A program made the translations under genes and the position numbers. Shown piece after piece: positions 1 to 9,957 of a stretch of DNA of 64,000 nt. Numbering within the stretch: position 1 is the first letter of the stretch; every line of letters begins with the position of its first letter. Source of the stretch: Candidatus Caldarchaeum sp. (GTDB lineage: Archaea; Thermoproteota; Nitrososphaeria_A; Caldarchaeales; Caldarchaeaceae); the NCBI GenBank assembly GCA_038885755.1, contig JAVZZH010000002.1:128001-192000 (forward strand), given 5' to 3'. The notes below the pieces were generated by a model. That model did no database searches. It was not told where the DNA came from and saw only the letters and a list, made by a program, of their open reading frames with translations.

Positions 1-501
1 GTCGGGGACAGGGCTTGTGTAGACACCGTGAGCATGCTTGAGCTGGGGGAGGGGATGATGGTCGGCAGCAGAGCCTACATGTTCTTCCTCATACACAACG
101 AGTCCGTGGGCTCGAGCTTCACGTCGCCGAGACCTTTCAGAGTCAACGCCGGAGCGGTCCACAGCTATGTTCTGATGCCGGATGGATCGACACGGTACTT
201 GTCCGAGCTCGAGGCGGGGGACAGAGTTCTCATCGTGGCTAGGGACGGCAGGACACGGATAACTTCGGTCGGGCGGGTCAAGATAGAGAGGAGGCCGTTG
301 AGGCTTGTCAAGGCCTCTGCAGACGATGTTGTCGGCGTGGTCACTGTTCAGAACGCTGAGACGATAAGGTTTGTTTCGGAGGATGGACGGATTATTCCTG
401 TGACGGAGCTGAAGAAGGGCGACAAGGTTCTGTGCCACGTTTCCAAGGTTAAGGGCAGGCATTTCGGCATGGCTGTCGAAGAGACAGTTGTCGAGAAATG
501 A
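1..501 (+). CDS. aroB': 3-dehydroquinate synthase II (archaeal aroB'), C-terminal part; 5' end lies before the window
   Basis: Frame is open from base 1 (VGDRACVDT...). Motifs [41 protein letters not shown] and GRHFG. Lies at the head of the aro cluster. Confidence 0.92.
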   Translation, partial: VGDRACVDTVSMLELGEGMMVGSRAYMFFLIHNESVGSSFTSPRPFRVNAGAVHSYVLMPDGSTRYLSELEAGDRVLIVARDGRTRITSVGRVKIERRPLRLVKASADDVVGVVTVQNAETIRFVSEDGRIIPVTELKKGDKVLCHVSKVKGRHFGMAVEETVVEK

Positions 502-1184
502 GGAGAACGCTGGTCTGCGTCTCTGTCTACGGAAGCGATGAGGACGAGCTGGGTAGAAGGGTTTCGTATGCGTTGACTAAGGGTGGAGACTTGGTTGAGA
601 CTAGGCTTGACCTTACAAGCGTGTCAAGCTGGGACAGGGTTTACACGGTCCTGAAGCCGTTCTCCGAAAAGCTCGTCCTCACTCTCAGGCCCGTCGACGA
701 AGGCGGGAAGTCGACGCTCACTGATTCAGAGAGGCTATCGGTTCTCGCTCAGCTGTGCCGGATGCGGCCCGCTTACGTGGACGTCGAGCTTAAGACCGCT
801 AGGAACAACGACCTAGAGGCGTTGAAGCAAGGCAGCAGGCTCATCGTGTCGTGGCACGGTGGCTCAACGCCCGAGACGGAGAAGCTGGTGGAGACCGCCC
901 GAGAATGTCTGAGGTACGGCGACGTGGCGAAAATCGTGACCTTTTCAAGCGGTGTCGAAGATAACTTCAGAACAATCATGCTCTACACTCATGTACCTTC
1001 CGAGAAGCTGGTGGCCTTCTGCATGGGTGAGAAGGGATGGATTACGAGAATCGTCTCGATGGCTGCAGGAGCTCCGATAGCCTATGCATCGCTGGACGAG
1101 ATGGCTACGGCGCCGGGCCAGCTCTCGCTGACCGAGATGGTCAAGGTTAGGGACAGGGTTTGGAGAGGTGGCGGAGTGTTTTGA
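498..1184 (+). CDS. aroD: Type I 3-dehydroquinate dehydratase
   Basis: DLVETRLD, TLRP..EGG, YVDVE, IVSWH, VAKIV, FCMGEKG..TR and APGQ motifs; sits in the aro operon. Confidence 0.9.
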   Translation: MRRTLVCVSVYGSDEDELGRRVSYALTKGGDLVETRLDLTSVSSWDRVYTVLKPFSEKLVLTLRPVDEGGKSTLTDSERLSVLAQLCRMRPAYVDVELKTARNNDLEALKQGSRLIVSWHGGSTPETEKLVETARECLRYGDVAKIVTFSSGVEDNFRTIMLYTHVPSEKLVAFCMGEKGWITRIVSMAAGAPIAYASLDEMATAPGQLSLTEMVKVRDRVWRGGGVF

Positions 1185-2023
1185 GGCCCGGGCTTTTAGG
1201 GGTTATCGGCCACCCAGTAGCTCACAGCGTTTCACCCCAGATGGTCAACACAGCTCTTAAGCGTGCAGGAGTCGACAACATCCTCTACGTACCCGTGGAG
1301 GTTAAGCCAAGAGACTTGGAAGCGTTCTGTCGTTCAGCTCCCTTGATGAACTTTATCGGCTTCAACGTGACTATACCTCACAAGGTCTCGGTAATCAAGC
1401 ATCTCAGCAGGCTGGACTCGTCGGCGAAGCAGGTTGGAGCCGTCAACGTCGTCAAGGTGGTTGGCGATAAGCTCGTAGGGTTCAACACAGACGTGCTGGG
1501 CGTTATGACGGCTATTCCGTCTGAAGCCGATGGGTCTGTGTTGGTGCTGGGAGTCGGCGGAGCCGCTAGGGCCGCGGCCGTGGCTTTGAAGAGAAAAGGG
1601 TTTGAGGACGTAGTGTTTGCAGGCAGGAGGCTGAAGACTGTTAAGGAGTTTAGAAAGTTCGCTGAGAGCAGGGGTATACGATGCAGGTTTGTGAAAATGG
1701 GCTCGGCCGCGATGGCTGAGGAGTTAAGGAGGTGCAGTATTCTCATAAACGCCACACCGGTGGGCATGTACCCCAAAGTCAACGAGACACCTGTGGAAAC
1801 CAGCCTCCTGCATAGACGCATGACTGTGTTCGACATGGTCTACAACCCGCCGCAGACACGGCTCCTGAAAGCAGCTAGGGCTAAAGGGGCTAGGACGGTC
1901 GACGGCGTGAAGATGCTGGCTGCTCAGGGCGCTGAAGCTCTCAAGATATGGTTGGGTCTGGAGGCTGACAGAGAGGTCATGGAGAGGGCGGCTTTGAGGG
2001 CTTTGAAGGGTTTCAGGGGTTGA
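1181..2023 (+). CDS. aroE: Shikimate dehydrogenase
   Basis: GHPVAHSVSP, GFNVTIPHK, GAVN, GFNTD, GVGGAARA, INATPVGM and DMVYNP. TTG start overlaps the aroD stop (TTGA); the ORF track starts at 1160. Confidence 0.93.
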   Translation: MRPGLLGVIGHPVAHSVSPQMVNTALKRAGVDNILYVPVEVKPRDLEAFCRSAPLMNFIGFNVTIPHKVSVIKHLSRLDSSAKQVGAVNVVKVVGDKLVGFNTDVLGVMTAIPSEADGSVLVLGVGGAARAAAVALKRKGFEDVVFAGRRLKTVKEFRKFAESRGIRCRFVKMGSAAMAEELRRCSILINATPVGMYPKVNETPVETSLLHRRMTVFDMVYNPPQTRLLKAARAKGARTVDGVKMLAAQGAEALKIWLGLEADREVMERAALRALKGFRG

Positions 2024-2874
2024 GGGGCGTCGGAGCAGCCTACGGAGCGATCTCTATCGTTAACGCCATCTCAACAGGGTACGGTGCTGCTCTAGGCATC
2101 AAGCTCAGGACGGAGGCTGTTGTAGAGACTGTTCCAGATGAGGGGTTCAGCCTGACGATAAACGGGGAGCCCGGAGACCCTTCATTAGCCGTCGAGGTCG
2201 TAAAAACGTTCGCAAACCATTTCGGCTTGGAGGTCGGCGGGTGCCGGGTTTCAACGACCTCCGACATACCTGTGGCGGTCGGGTTGAAGAGCTCTAGCTC
2301 CGCAGCCGTTGCCATAGCATCGGCCTTCCTCAACGCTTTCAAAAAAAGCTTGGAGGCTGAGGTTTTCCTCAGCTTGGTGGCTGATGCTTCGGTTAGGTCG
2401 GGGACGTCTATAACGGGAGCCATGGACGACGCTGCTGCATGCATGTTGGGTGGGATTGTAGCAACGGACAACCCAAGGCGGAGGATTCTGATGCGTGAAA
2501 AGGTCGCCGGAGAGTTGATGACCGTCATTCATGTTCCTCCGGGCAGGATGTTCACAAAAGACTTCCCACGACTTAGGCTTGACCCCGTGAAGGAGCTGGT
2601 TGCGACGGCTTTCAGCATGGTTTTGCGGGGCGAGTACTGGAAGGCCATGACGTTGAACGGGCTGCTGCACTCGGCGGCTCTGGGTCTGCCGACGGCTCCT
2701 GCGTTGGAGGCTCTTCGGGCTGGTGCGCTGGCTGCGGGGCTTTCCGGGACAGGGCCGGCTGTTGCTGCGGTCTGTACCGAGGAGTACGTGGACTTGGTTG
2801 AGGAGTCTTTTCAAAGGTTTGAGGGTAGGGTTATCAAATGCCCTGTGAACACAGGGTCGGGGGAAGACCCATGA
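2020..2874 (+). CDS. aroK: Archaeal shikimate kinase (GHMP family)
   Basis: AISIVNAI.TG.G, SDIPVAVGLKSSSS, SITGAMDDA and GLSGTGPA. Confidence 0.93.
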   Translation: MRGVGAAYGAISIVNAISTGYGAALGIKLRTEAVVETVPDEGFSLTINGEPGDPSLAVEVVKTFANHFGLEVGGCRVSTTSDIPVAVGLKSSSSAAVAIASAFLNAFKKSLEAEVFLSLVADASVRSGTSITGAMDDAAACMLGGIVATDNPRRRILMREKVAGELMTVIHVPPGRMFTKDFPRLRLDPVKELVATAFSMVLRGEYWKAMTLNGLLHSAALGLPTAPALEALRAGALAAGLSGTGPAVAAVCTEEYVDLVEESFQRFEGRVIKCPVNTGSGEDP

Positions 2875-4154
2875 TTGTCTCGACGAAGTCCAGCAAGATA
2901 GAAGGAGTCGTCGAAGCCCCTCCCAGCAAAAGCTACACCCATAGAGCCGTGGCCCTCGCAAGCCTAGCGGACGGGAAAACAATTATCCGACGACCTCTCA
3001 TTTCACGGGATACTAAAGCATCAATAAACGCTTCACGAATGCTCGGAGTAAGAATAGTTGAGCAGCAGGACCTGCTGATGGTTGAGCCGGGTGGAAGGCT
3101 CCGGTGTCCGGACGACGTTATAAACGTCGAGAACAGCGGGACGACTCTGAGGATTTACACGGGCTTGTCGGCGCTGGCTGAGGATGGGTATACGGTGTTG
3201 ACGGGCGACGAAAGCATCAGGCGGAGGCCTGTCGGCCCGTTGCTAAAGTCGTTGAGAGACCTCGGCGTCGATTGTTGGAGCACGCGGGGGTCTGGCACAG
3301 CTCCCGTCGTAGTCAAGGGCGGTGGAGTCGCAGGCGGAGCCACGTCGATCAAGGGCTCGGAGTCCTCGCAGTACATCACCTCGCTGCTGCTGACGGGGCT
3401 GGCGGCTTCCAAGAGGGTGGACATAACTGTAGAGGGAGAGCTGGTGTCGAAGCCGTACGTCGAGGCGACCGTCAAAATGGTTGAGATGTTCGGCGGAAAG
3501 GTAGAGCGGGAGGGGTTTAACCGCTTCGCCGTCAACCCTCGAAAGCTTACCGGAGTTGACTTCACGGTGCCGGGCGACTTCAGCTCAGCGGCCTTCATCA
3601 TAGCCGCGGCACACCTCACAAAGGGATACGTAAAGATAACCAACCTAGACACGTCGATGCCTCAAGCCGACTCGACGATACTGCGTGTGGTGGAGGTTTT
3701 CGGCTCGAGGGTTGTGCGTGGAGACAGGTGGGTGGAGGTTTTTGGAGACGCTGGCGATGTTGACGTCGAGCTCCAGCTCACGGACAGCCCCGACCTTCTA
3801 CCCGTGGTTGCTGCGACGGCGGTGTTGAACAGGGGGACGACAAGGCTGTACGGGGTCGCGCACGCCCGTCTGAAGGAGAGCGACCGGATCTCAACGGTTG
3901 CGAGGGAGCTTAGGAAGCTGGGCGTAGAAGTTTTGGAGCAGCATGACGGGCTGGTTATAAAGGGGAGACGCGACGTCGACGGAGGGGTTGTGCTGGACAG
4001 CCACGGAGACCACCGCCTTTTCATGGCTTTCACGGTGCTGGGGCTGGCTGTCGGGAAAGGTCTGAAGGTTGTCGGAGCCGAGTCAGCCGACGTCTCCTAT
4101 CCAACCTTCCTCCAAGACCTGAGGAGAGCCGGAGCATCGATAGAGTTTGAATGA
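2871..4154 (+). CDS. aroA: 3-phosphoshikimate 1-carboxyvinyltransferase (EPSP synthase)
   Basis: PPSKSYTHR, NSGTTLR, SSQYITS, PGDFSSA, RLKESDR, DHR and SYP. ATG at 2871 overlaps the aroK stop. Confidence 0.95.
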   Translation: MIVSTKSSKIEGVVEAPPSKSYTHRAVALASLADGKTIIRRPLISRDTKASINASRMLGVRIVEQQDLLMVEPGGRLRCPDDVINVENSGTTLRIYTGLSALAEDGYTVLTGDESIRRRPVGPLLKSLRDLGVDCWSTRGSGTAPVVVKGGGVAGGATSIKGSESSQYITSLLLTGLAASKRVDITVEGELVSKPYVEATVKMVEMFGGKVEREGFNRFAVNPRKLTGVDFTVPGDFSSAAFIIAAAHLTKGYVKITNLDTSMPQADSTILRVVEVFGSRVVRGDRWVEVFGDAGDVDVELQLTDSPDLLPVVAATAVLNRGTTRLYGVAHARLKESDRISTVARELRKLGVEVLEQHDGLVIKGRRDVDGGVVLDSHGDHRLFMAFTVLGLAVGKGLKVVGAESADVSYPTFLQDLRRAGASIEFE

Positions 4155-4190
4155 CAGATTTTTAAACAACATTCAAAAAGACCACATGGA

Positions 4191-4415
4191 ATGAAGCTGA
4201 CCAGCTCGAGGAAATTCATCTTGGAGTCGTTCCTTCTGGCTCTACTCATGACCTCGCTTCCCATCGGTCTTCTTGTCTTTCTGAACAACAACAGGCTGAT
4301 AACTCCTTTTAACATGATCGCATGGCTTCTGGCGACGCTGGCGTGGACGGCTCTGGTCGTGGTCATCTACATGAAGAGAGGCTCGAAGGGAAAAGGATTC
4401 ATCGTGAGGAGCTAG
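4191..4415 (+). CDS. Small two-TM membrane protein, unknown function
   Basis: 74-aa ORF with two hydrophobic segments and a basic tail; fills the intergenic space. Confidence 0.6.
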   Translation: MKLTSSRKFILESFLLALLMTSLPIGLLVFLNNNRLITPFNMIAWLLATLAWTALVVVIYMKRGSKGKGFIVRS

Positions 4416-4440
4416 GCCGGCGAGCTGGACAAAAGTTTTT

Positions 4441-4956
4441 GTGCTGGACGGAGCAACATATGGCATGGGTCTGTCCTGCGCCCTAAGCTTCGAAGGCAGG
4501 CTTCGCAGGGATCGGATGGTCTTCATCCTCAAGCTCGAGATTCTGGTCATATTCTCGACAGCCCTCGCCCTTCTCTACCTTGCCGCGTACGACTTTCCGG
4601 TCATGATGTTCTTCACCGGCCTGACAGCCTTCGCCGTCTTCCTAGTTGTCAAGGACAGGGTTGAGAAGGCTGGACGGAGGTTGAGGAGGGCTGTCGTAAG
4701 GTCTGTAAAGCATAGAGGAAACGACTGGTTCTTTTTTCTGCCCATGACGCCCTCGATCACCTTCACAGTCAGCGGCTACGAGGTTGAAGCCGTGTCGGAG
4801 GACTTTACCGTGGTGCGGTTCTTCGACTGGAGGCCGTGGAAGACAGGCCAACGGCTCCTCGTGCTGTCCGACATCAAGGGCAAGGTTCTCGCCGTGCGGG
4901 ATTTTGCGTCGCCGGTGAGGATAGACGTTGTACGGAGACTGCTGTGCAAACTTTGA
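4441..4956 (+). CDS. Hypothetical protein, two TM helices plus a soluble beta-rich domain
   Basis: ORF with a hydrophobic hairpin; the true start is uncertain (possibly ATG 4516). Confidence 0.55.
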   Translation: MLDGATYGMGLSCALSFEGRLRRDRMVFILKLEILVIFSTALALLYLAAYDFPVMMFFTGLTAFAVFLVVKDRVEKAGRRLRRAVVRSVKHRGNDWFFFLPMTPSITFTVSGYEVEAVSEDFTVVRFFDWRPWKTGQRLLVLSDIKGKVLAVRDFASPVRIDVVRRLLCKL

Positions 4957-5010
4957 CTATAGAGTCTATATAGGAAAAGCCTTTACACAAGTAAACTATA
5001 GAGAAAGGAG

Positions 5011-5748
5011 ATGCCGCTGAAAAAACCCCTCGAAATAGTCCTGATAGCAGTCAACGCTTCGCTGTACGCCGGCATAGGATACCTAACCTACCTCGGCATA
5101 TTCGCGCCCGTCGTGGGAACTGTCCGGTTCTGGCCGGCGGTGGTCGTGCCGGCTGTCTTCTCCGTCGTCTACTCCCCCCGCATAGGGGCTCTCGGAGCAG
5201 GGCTCGGCATCTTCATCAGCGACATGCTCATCCACGGAGACCCCATCCTCAGCATCACCGTCGGCGTGACATCCAACACAGCGGGGTTCTACGTCTTGGG
5301 CAAGCTGGCCCAAGTCCTCGCAAGGGCGAGGCACGGCGCAGCGCTCTCAGTATCTCTCCAAGCCATACCTCTAGCAACCACGCTCATGGCCCTCTGGGCT
5401 AACATCTTCGGAGACCCTCTCACAGGCAACATCTTCCTCGGAGCAGCCGTCCTCTCCTTCGGAATAAGCGTGGTGTACAGCATATACAGGCCGGCCTACG
5501 CAGGCTTGATCGCGGCATCATCCATAGGCCTGCTGCTGGGCGCGACGATAATAGGGCTGGGCGTGTGGGCTTACAGCCAGTTTTTCTCGCTTCCAGCCGC
5601 GGCGGGCGGTGGTAGGAACCTGCCTCTTTTCACGGCGGCGATATGGTTTCTGTGGACCTACCTCACCGAGATGCCCTTCCTGATGACGCTGCTGCCTCCC
5701 CTCACGACGGCTGTCAGGAAAGCCGTTCCCGTGGCTGTAAGTGAGTAG
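5011..5748 (+). CDS. ECF transporter S-component (QueT-like)
   Basis: AVNASLYA, VRFWPAVVVPAVFS..Y.P.IGALGAGLG.FISD; multi-TM; overlaps the pantoate kinase start. Confidence 0.7.
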   Translation: MPLKKPLEIVLIAVNASLYAGIGYLTYLGIFAPVVGTVRFWPAVVVPAVFSVVYSPRIGALGAGLGIFISDMLIHGDPILSITVGVTSNTAGFYVLGKLAQVLARARHGAALSVSLQAIPLATTLMALWANIFGDPLTGNIFLGAAVLSFGISVVYSIYRPAYAGLIAASSIGLLLGATIIGLGVWAYSQFFSLPAAAGGGRNLPLFTAAIWFLWTYLTEMPFLMTLLPPLTTAVRKAVPVAVSE

Positions 5749-6679
5749 GATGCGGGCGGCTAGGATAAAGACACCCACACCGCTCTCAAGCATCTTCTCG
5801 CCCAAGGTGGTGGAAAGCGGAAGGCTGAGGGATGACCCTGACAGGGTGGGGGCTAGGGGTGGAGGCTTCTCGTTCTTCCCCGGCGTCGACACAGACGTCG
5901 AGGTTGCTGAGGACGGTGATGGGGTTGTTGTGGAGGTCAACGGCGTGGCCGCTTCCTTCCCGCCCGCCGAGAGAGCCGTGGAGCTCGCTCGAAAAGCCTA
6001 CGGATTACAGGGCCGTGTGATAGTCAGGCACAGGATTCACGTACCCATAGCAACCGGGTTCGGCACAAGCGCGGCTTCAGCCCTCAGCGTCGCCCTAGCC
6101 CTCTCCCACCTAGCGGGCAAGCCCATGACCCTGCGTCAAGCAATCAAGCTAGCCCACTACGTTGAGCTGGACTGCCGAACAGGCCTGAACAGCGAGGCCG
6201 GGTTCGGGAAAACAGGCTTGGTCTTGGTGCTGCGTGAAGGCGGGCCCGACTATTCGTTGACCGATGAGATACCGCTTCCGTCACGTTGCAAGCTGGTCGC
6301 GGTCGTGGCGGGCCAGATGCCAACTCCCGACGCATTCCCTTCAACGGAGAGGCTTGTCCAGCTAGAGATGGTTGGAGACATGTTCATCGACAAGATCGTC
6401 CAAAACCCAACGCCGGACAACTTCCTAACACAGTCAAAAGCCTTCGCAGAGAGAGCGGGATTAGTGAGTCGAGATGTTCACGAGGTTTTCACGGTGATGG
6501 AGAAGCTTCCCACGATAGGCTTCGCCCAGAACATGGTGGGCCGGGCTGTTCACGCACTAGTCTACGAAGAGGATGTGGAGAAGGTCGTCGCAACGCTGAG
6601 GAAACAGTTCCCGCACTACACCACGATCGTTGGAGACGTAGGCTCGTCGATAACCATCAATACCGTGAAAAAATATTAA
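5741..6679 (+). CDS. Pantoate kinase (GHMP family)
   Basis: P.PLSSIFSP, GARGGGF, PIATGFGTSAASAL, AHYVEL..RTGL, F.....AFA..AGL and AQNMVG match the archaeal PoK pattern. Confidence 0.8.
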   Translation: MSRMRAARIKTPTPLSSIFSPKVVESGRLRDDPDRVGARGGGFSFFPGVDTDVEVAEDGDGVVVEVNGVAASFPPAERAVELARKAYGLQGRVIVRHRIHVPIATGFGTSAASALSVALALSHLAGKPMTLRQAIKLAHYVELDCRTGLNSEAGFGKTGLVLVLREGGPDYSLTDEIPLPSRCKLVAVVAGQMPTPDAFPSTERLVQLEMVGDMFIDKIVQNPTPDNFLTQSKAFAERAGLVSRDVHEVFTVMEKLPTIGFAQNMVGRAVHALVYEEDVEKVVATLRKQFPHYTTIVGDVGSSITINTVKKY

Positions 6680-6700
6680 AACACCCGCAACGCTTCAACC

Positions 6701-7081
6701 TTGTTGATAACGTACAGAAGGGCCCTTGACTTGGACGAGAGGGTTAGAAGCTTGGTTGAGAAGGCGGGCCTGCACCACATCGACCACAGCAGGGTTAAGT
6801 GTGTAAGGAGCTACGGCTCGTCTTCACGGACGATTGCGGCCCGCATACACTCGGTCTCGAAAGCCTTCCTAACAGCCTACGGCATGAAGCCGTCCTACGT
6901 CATCGAGTTCCTGTCGGAGGTCTTCGACAAACTGACCCCCGAGCAGCAGGACGAAGTAATCATACACGAGCTTCTTCACATCCCCAAGTCTTTCAGCGGC
7001 GGCCTGATCCCTCACGGAAGAATAGACTTCAGGAGAGAAACACGAGCTGTTAAGAATATTGTTAGGAACACTACCTCTTAG
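6701..7081 (+). CDS. Putative zinc metallopeptidase (small HEXXH family)
   Basis: [26 protein letters not shown] and [16 protein letters not shown]. Confidence 0.75.
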   Translation: MLITYRRALDLDERVRSLVEKAGLHHIDHSRVKCVRSYGSSSRTIAARIHSVSKAFLTAYGMKPSYVIEFLSEVFDKLTPEQQDEVIIHELLHIPKSFSGGLIPHGRIDFRRETRAVKNIVRNTTS

Positions 7082-7499
7082 GCTTCTTGACCTCGCCGGT
7101 TACCAAAAGGTTTAGCGGGGCGTCGTTGACCATGGTGACCTTGTACCTCACTCCCGGCAGGTCTCCCATCGACTTGCCCATCGAGCCGCCGATCCCCTCG
7201 ACCAAAACCTCGTCATGCTCGTCGACGACGTTCAACGCACCGTCCCCCGGCAGAAAAGCCGTCACAACCTTACTGTTCTTGATAAGCTGAACACGCACAC
7301 ACTTCCGAACAGCTGAGTTGGGCTGTCTCGACTCTATGCCGACCTTCTGGATCACTATGCCCCTAGCCATGGGAGCGCCCTCTAACGGGTCGGTCTTTTC
7401 CTTGAGACCCAGCCGTCTAATTCGATACTTCCTGATAGCCCATCGAAACTTGTTCCTAACCTTCTTCAGATGCCTAGCCGCGTGTTCTCCTCGTCCCAA
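7071..7499 (-). CDS. rps12: 30S ribosomal protein S12 (uS12)
   Basis: [40 protein letters not shown] and [10 protein letters not shown]; TTG start. Confidence 0.97.
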   Translation of the reverse strand: MGRGEHAARHLKKVRNKFRWAIRKYRIRRLGLKEKTDPLEGAPMARGIVIQKVGIESRQPNSAVRKCVRVQLIKNSKVVTAFLPGDGALNVVDEHDEVLVEGIGGSMGKSMGDLPGVRYKVTMVNDAPLNLLVTGEVKKPKR

Positions 7500-7538
7500 G
7501 CCCGTCTCATTTTTTCGAGCGTCCAGCTATATTAGGGT

Positions 7539-8858
7539 TCATAGCTCGGAAGGGTTCCTCCTGAGAAGCCATTTCACGACGGCGTGCGAGAAAGCCCACG
7601 TACCCAGAACCATTACGGCCATCGAGTAGGCTGGAGGCAGGAGCGAAGCAGCTGTTTCGAACGAAAGAACTGTGATGGTCCTTGAGGCTATGAAGACGAC
7701 GGTGTTGAACGAGACGAGGAGGAGGAAGGCGGCGGCAGCTAGACTTTTCCCGCCGGCGGCGGCGAGCAGAACCGCGAACGTCATCATGTTGAGGGCCCCC
7801 GCCAAAAGCACCGAATCACCCGCGGAAAAACCCAGCGAAGCAGAGACAGCTAACGCAACAGATCCAGCTGGAACACCGTAGGTCAGGCTCGCCCGCCCCT
7901 CTAACCCAGCGTCCCTCCTAGCCATCGACATCCTGCATAGAATCATCGCCAAAGCCGACAAGCCTACTAAATGTAGGACGGCTTGAACCAGCTCAGCCGA
8001 CGTGTTGAGAAGCGGTTCTCCGACGAACAGGGCTAGAAGCTTTGCAGAAGCCTGAGGAAACGAGCCTCCAACAGCAACCACGCTTACGGCCAGAACAAGC
8101 AGGGCTGCTTCGAACGGTCTCGGAGCCGAGCTGTATCCGGCTGTCGAGAAGGCTAGGAAAACAGCGGGAAGTAGTAGGATGGACTCAAACTGGACGTCGA
8201 TGGCTGGCGGTGGTTCTACGGGTGAAAACGGTGAAAGAAGAACAGCTACAGCGAGCAGGATGATAAGCGAGAGATGGACGGGTGTGAGGGCTTCTACGAG
8301 CTTCTCAAGCGTCCCATGGCTGAGCGTCCCAACCGCATACGTCGCCAGAATCAAGACGATCAACGTAATGTCTGGAGTGAAGACCGCTCTCGAGACCGTG
8401 AAGCTTGTCAAAAGGCTAGACAACGACAAGACTGACGAAGCAACTAACGCGGGAAACTTACCGAACCTGTTGACGACTGCAACGTAGCAGAAACCTGCTG
8501 CGACGAACCCCAACACGACAACGGGGCTCACCCCTGTTAGAACGAGGCTCTGGAAGACAGCCACAAACAGCATTATCAAGCTCGTCAGCTGCACGGCTGA
8601 AAACTCCAGCGACCTTGTGAAGCCCATCCTCTCAGCCCTAGACACCAGAGGCATCATCAACCCCGCCGCCCCAACAACCATTACGAGGAGGACAGGCCAT
8701 GAGCTGGCCGAGGAGACGTGGGAGGCCGCTTGAGCAGCGAGGAAGAGGACAGGCAGGCTTCCGGCGAAGCCCTTCAACTCAAGCCTTCCACCGGAGGCCA
8801 GGTAGAACCCAGCCATCGAAGCGGTGAGACCGGTGAGCAGGATGACCAACGAATACAA
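7539..8858 (-). CDS. Polytopic membrane protein (about 12-13 TM), possibly a divergent transporter
   Basis: 439-aa, highly hydrophobic ORF directly downstream of sdhB; no diagnostic motif recognised. Confidence 0.6.
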   Translation of the reverse strand: MYSLVILLTGLTASMAGFYLASGGRLELKGFAGSLPVLFLAAQAASHVSSASSWPVLLVMVVGAAGLMMPLVSRAERMGFTRSLEFSAVQLTSLIMLFVAVFQSLVLTGVSPVVVLGFVAAGFCYVAVVNRFGKFPALVASSVLSLSSLLTSFTVSRAVFTPDITLIVLILATYAVGTLSHGTLEKLVEALTPVHLSLIILLAVAVLLSPFSPVEPPPAIDVQFESILLLPAVFLAFSTAGYSSAPRPFEAALLVLAVSVVAVGGSFPQASAKLLALFVGEPLLNTSAELVQAVLHLVGLSALAMILCRMSMARRDAGLEGRASLTYGVPAGSVALAVSASLGFSAGDSVLLAGALNMMTFAVLLAAAGGKSLAAAAFLLLVSFNTVVFIASRTITVLSFETAASLLPPAYSMAVMVLGTWAFSHAVVKWLLRRNPSEL

Positions 8859-8876
8859 CGGCGGGTATTCGTCAGG

Positions 8877-9599
8877 TCATCCTCTTAAAAAGAGTTCTCT
8901 CCTAAGAAGCTGGATGGCCAGCGCTGGGTCAACTCCCTTCGGACATACTTGGCTGCAGGAAGCTGCGAAATGGCATCTCAGGAGAGAGTGTCCGTTGCCC
9001 AACGGCTGCAGCCTCTCGGCGCCCCCCTCATCCCTCGAGTCTGCCAGATACCGGTAGGCTTGTGCAAGAGCTTGAGGGCCTAGGAAACTCTTATCGGTTG
9101 CGACGACGGGGCAGGCTGCGTAGCAGAGGCCGCATTTTATACAGTAGGCGAACTGTAGGAATTTTTCCACCTCCTCCTCCGACTGTGTGTAGGATGTGTT
9201 CGACCGTTCCTGCTCGTGGGTGTCTATTCTTATGAGGTAAGGCTTGACCAGCCTGTGTTTGTTGAAGAACTCTTCGAAGTCTGCAACGAGGTCTTTGATT
9301 ACGGGGAAGTTTCTGAGAGGTTCAACCACTATCGTCCGGCTCTTCAGCTCGTCTACTAATGTGTAGCATGCAAGCCTTGGAAGGCCGTTGATCATCATCC
9401 CGCACGAGCCGCAGGTCGCCATACGGCATGAGAACCTTATCGACAGAGTCTGGTCTAGCTTCTCCTTGATGTACAGTAAACCCTGCAGGACGGTCATCCC
9501 CCTAAAAACCGGAACCATGTACGTCTGGAAGGTTCTACGTCCGTCTCCTTCCGGGTTGAACCGGAATACCTTGAATTTAGCTTCCTTCAACAGCATCAT
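8877..9599 (-). CDS. sdhB: Succinate dehydrogenase/fumarate reductase iron-sulfur subunit
   Basis: SCRMATCGSC...LAC [2Fe-2S], CIKCGLCYAACP [4Fe-4S] and RCHFAASCSQVCP [3Fe-4S]. Confidence 0.95.
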   Translation of the reverse strand: MMLLKEAKFKVFRFNPEGDGRRTFQTYMVPVFRGMTVLQGLLYIKEKLDQTLSIRFSCRMATCGSCGMMINGLPRLACYTLVDELKSRTIVVEPLRNFPVIKDLVADFEEFFNKHRLVKPYLIRIDTHEQERSNTSYTQSEEEVEKFLQFAYCIKCGLCYAACPVVATDKSFLGPQALAQAYRYLADSRDEGGAERLQPLGNGHSLLRCHFAASCSQVCPKGVDPALAIQLLRRELFLRG

Positions 9600-9603
9600 C
9601 TCC

Positions 9604-9957
9604 TCAAAGTTGATGTGCTATCAGGATTGTTCTCGTCCCGTAAACCACCAACGCAGCAGCGACGACGAACACCATGATGTTCACAGCTGTTGTGTAGGTC
9701 TTTCCTTGATAAAGCTCCTGTAGAATTACCCGCAGGCCGTTGAAGCCGTGGAAGGCCACGAGAACCAGCAGGGCCTCCAGAGAAGACGCCAGCAAAACAT
9801 TCCTGTACACGTTGAGAACTGCAAAGGGATGGTTGTCGAACTCCATGCTCTGATGGTACGGGCTCAGCAGGAATACCGTAGCCAGATGCACTCCTCCCGC
9901 TATGATTATTCCGAGGCCCGTGATGTAATGGATGAGCATTATGGTTTTTTCCTTCAT
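9604..9957 (-). CDS. sdhD: Succinate dehydrogenase membrane anchor subunit D
   Basis: Three TM helices with HYITG, VH and FHGFNGLRVIL; located in the sdh operon. Confidence 0.85.
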   Translation of the reverse strand: MKEKTIMLIHYITGLGIIIAGGVHLATVFLLSPYHQSMEFDNHPFAVLNVYRNVLLASSLEALLVLVAFHGFNGLRVILQELYQGKTYTTAVNIMVFVVAAALVVYGTRTILIAHQL

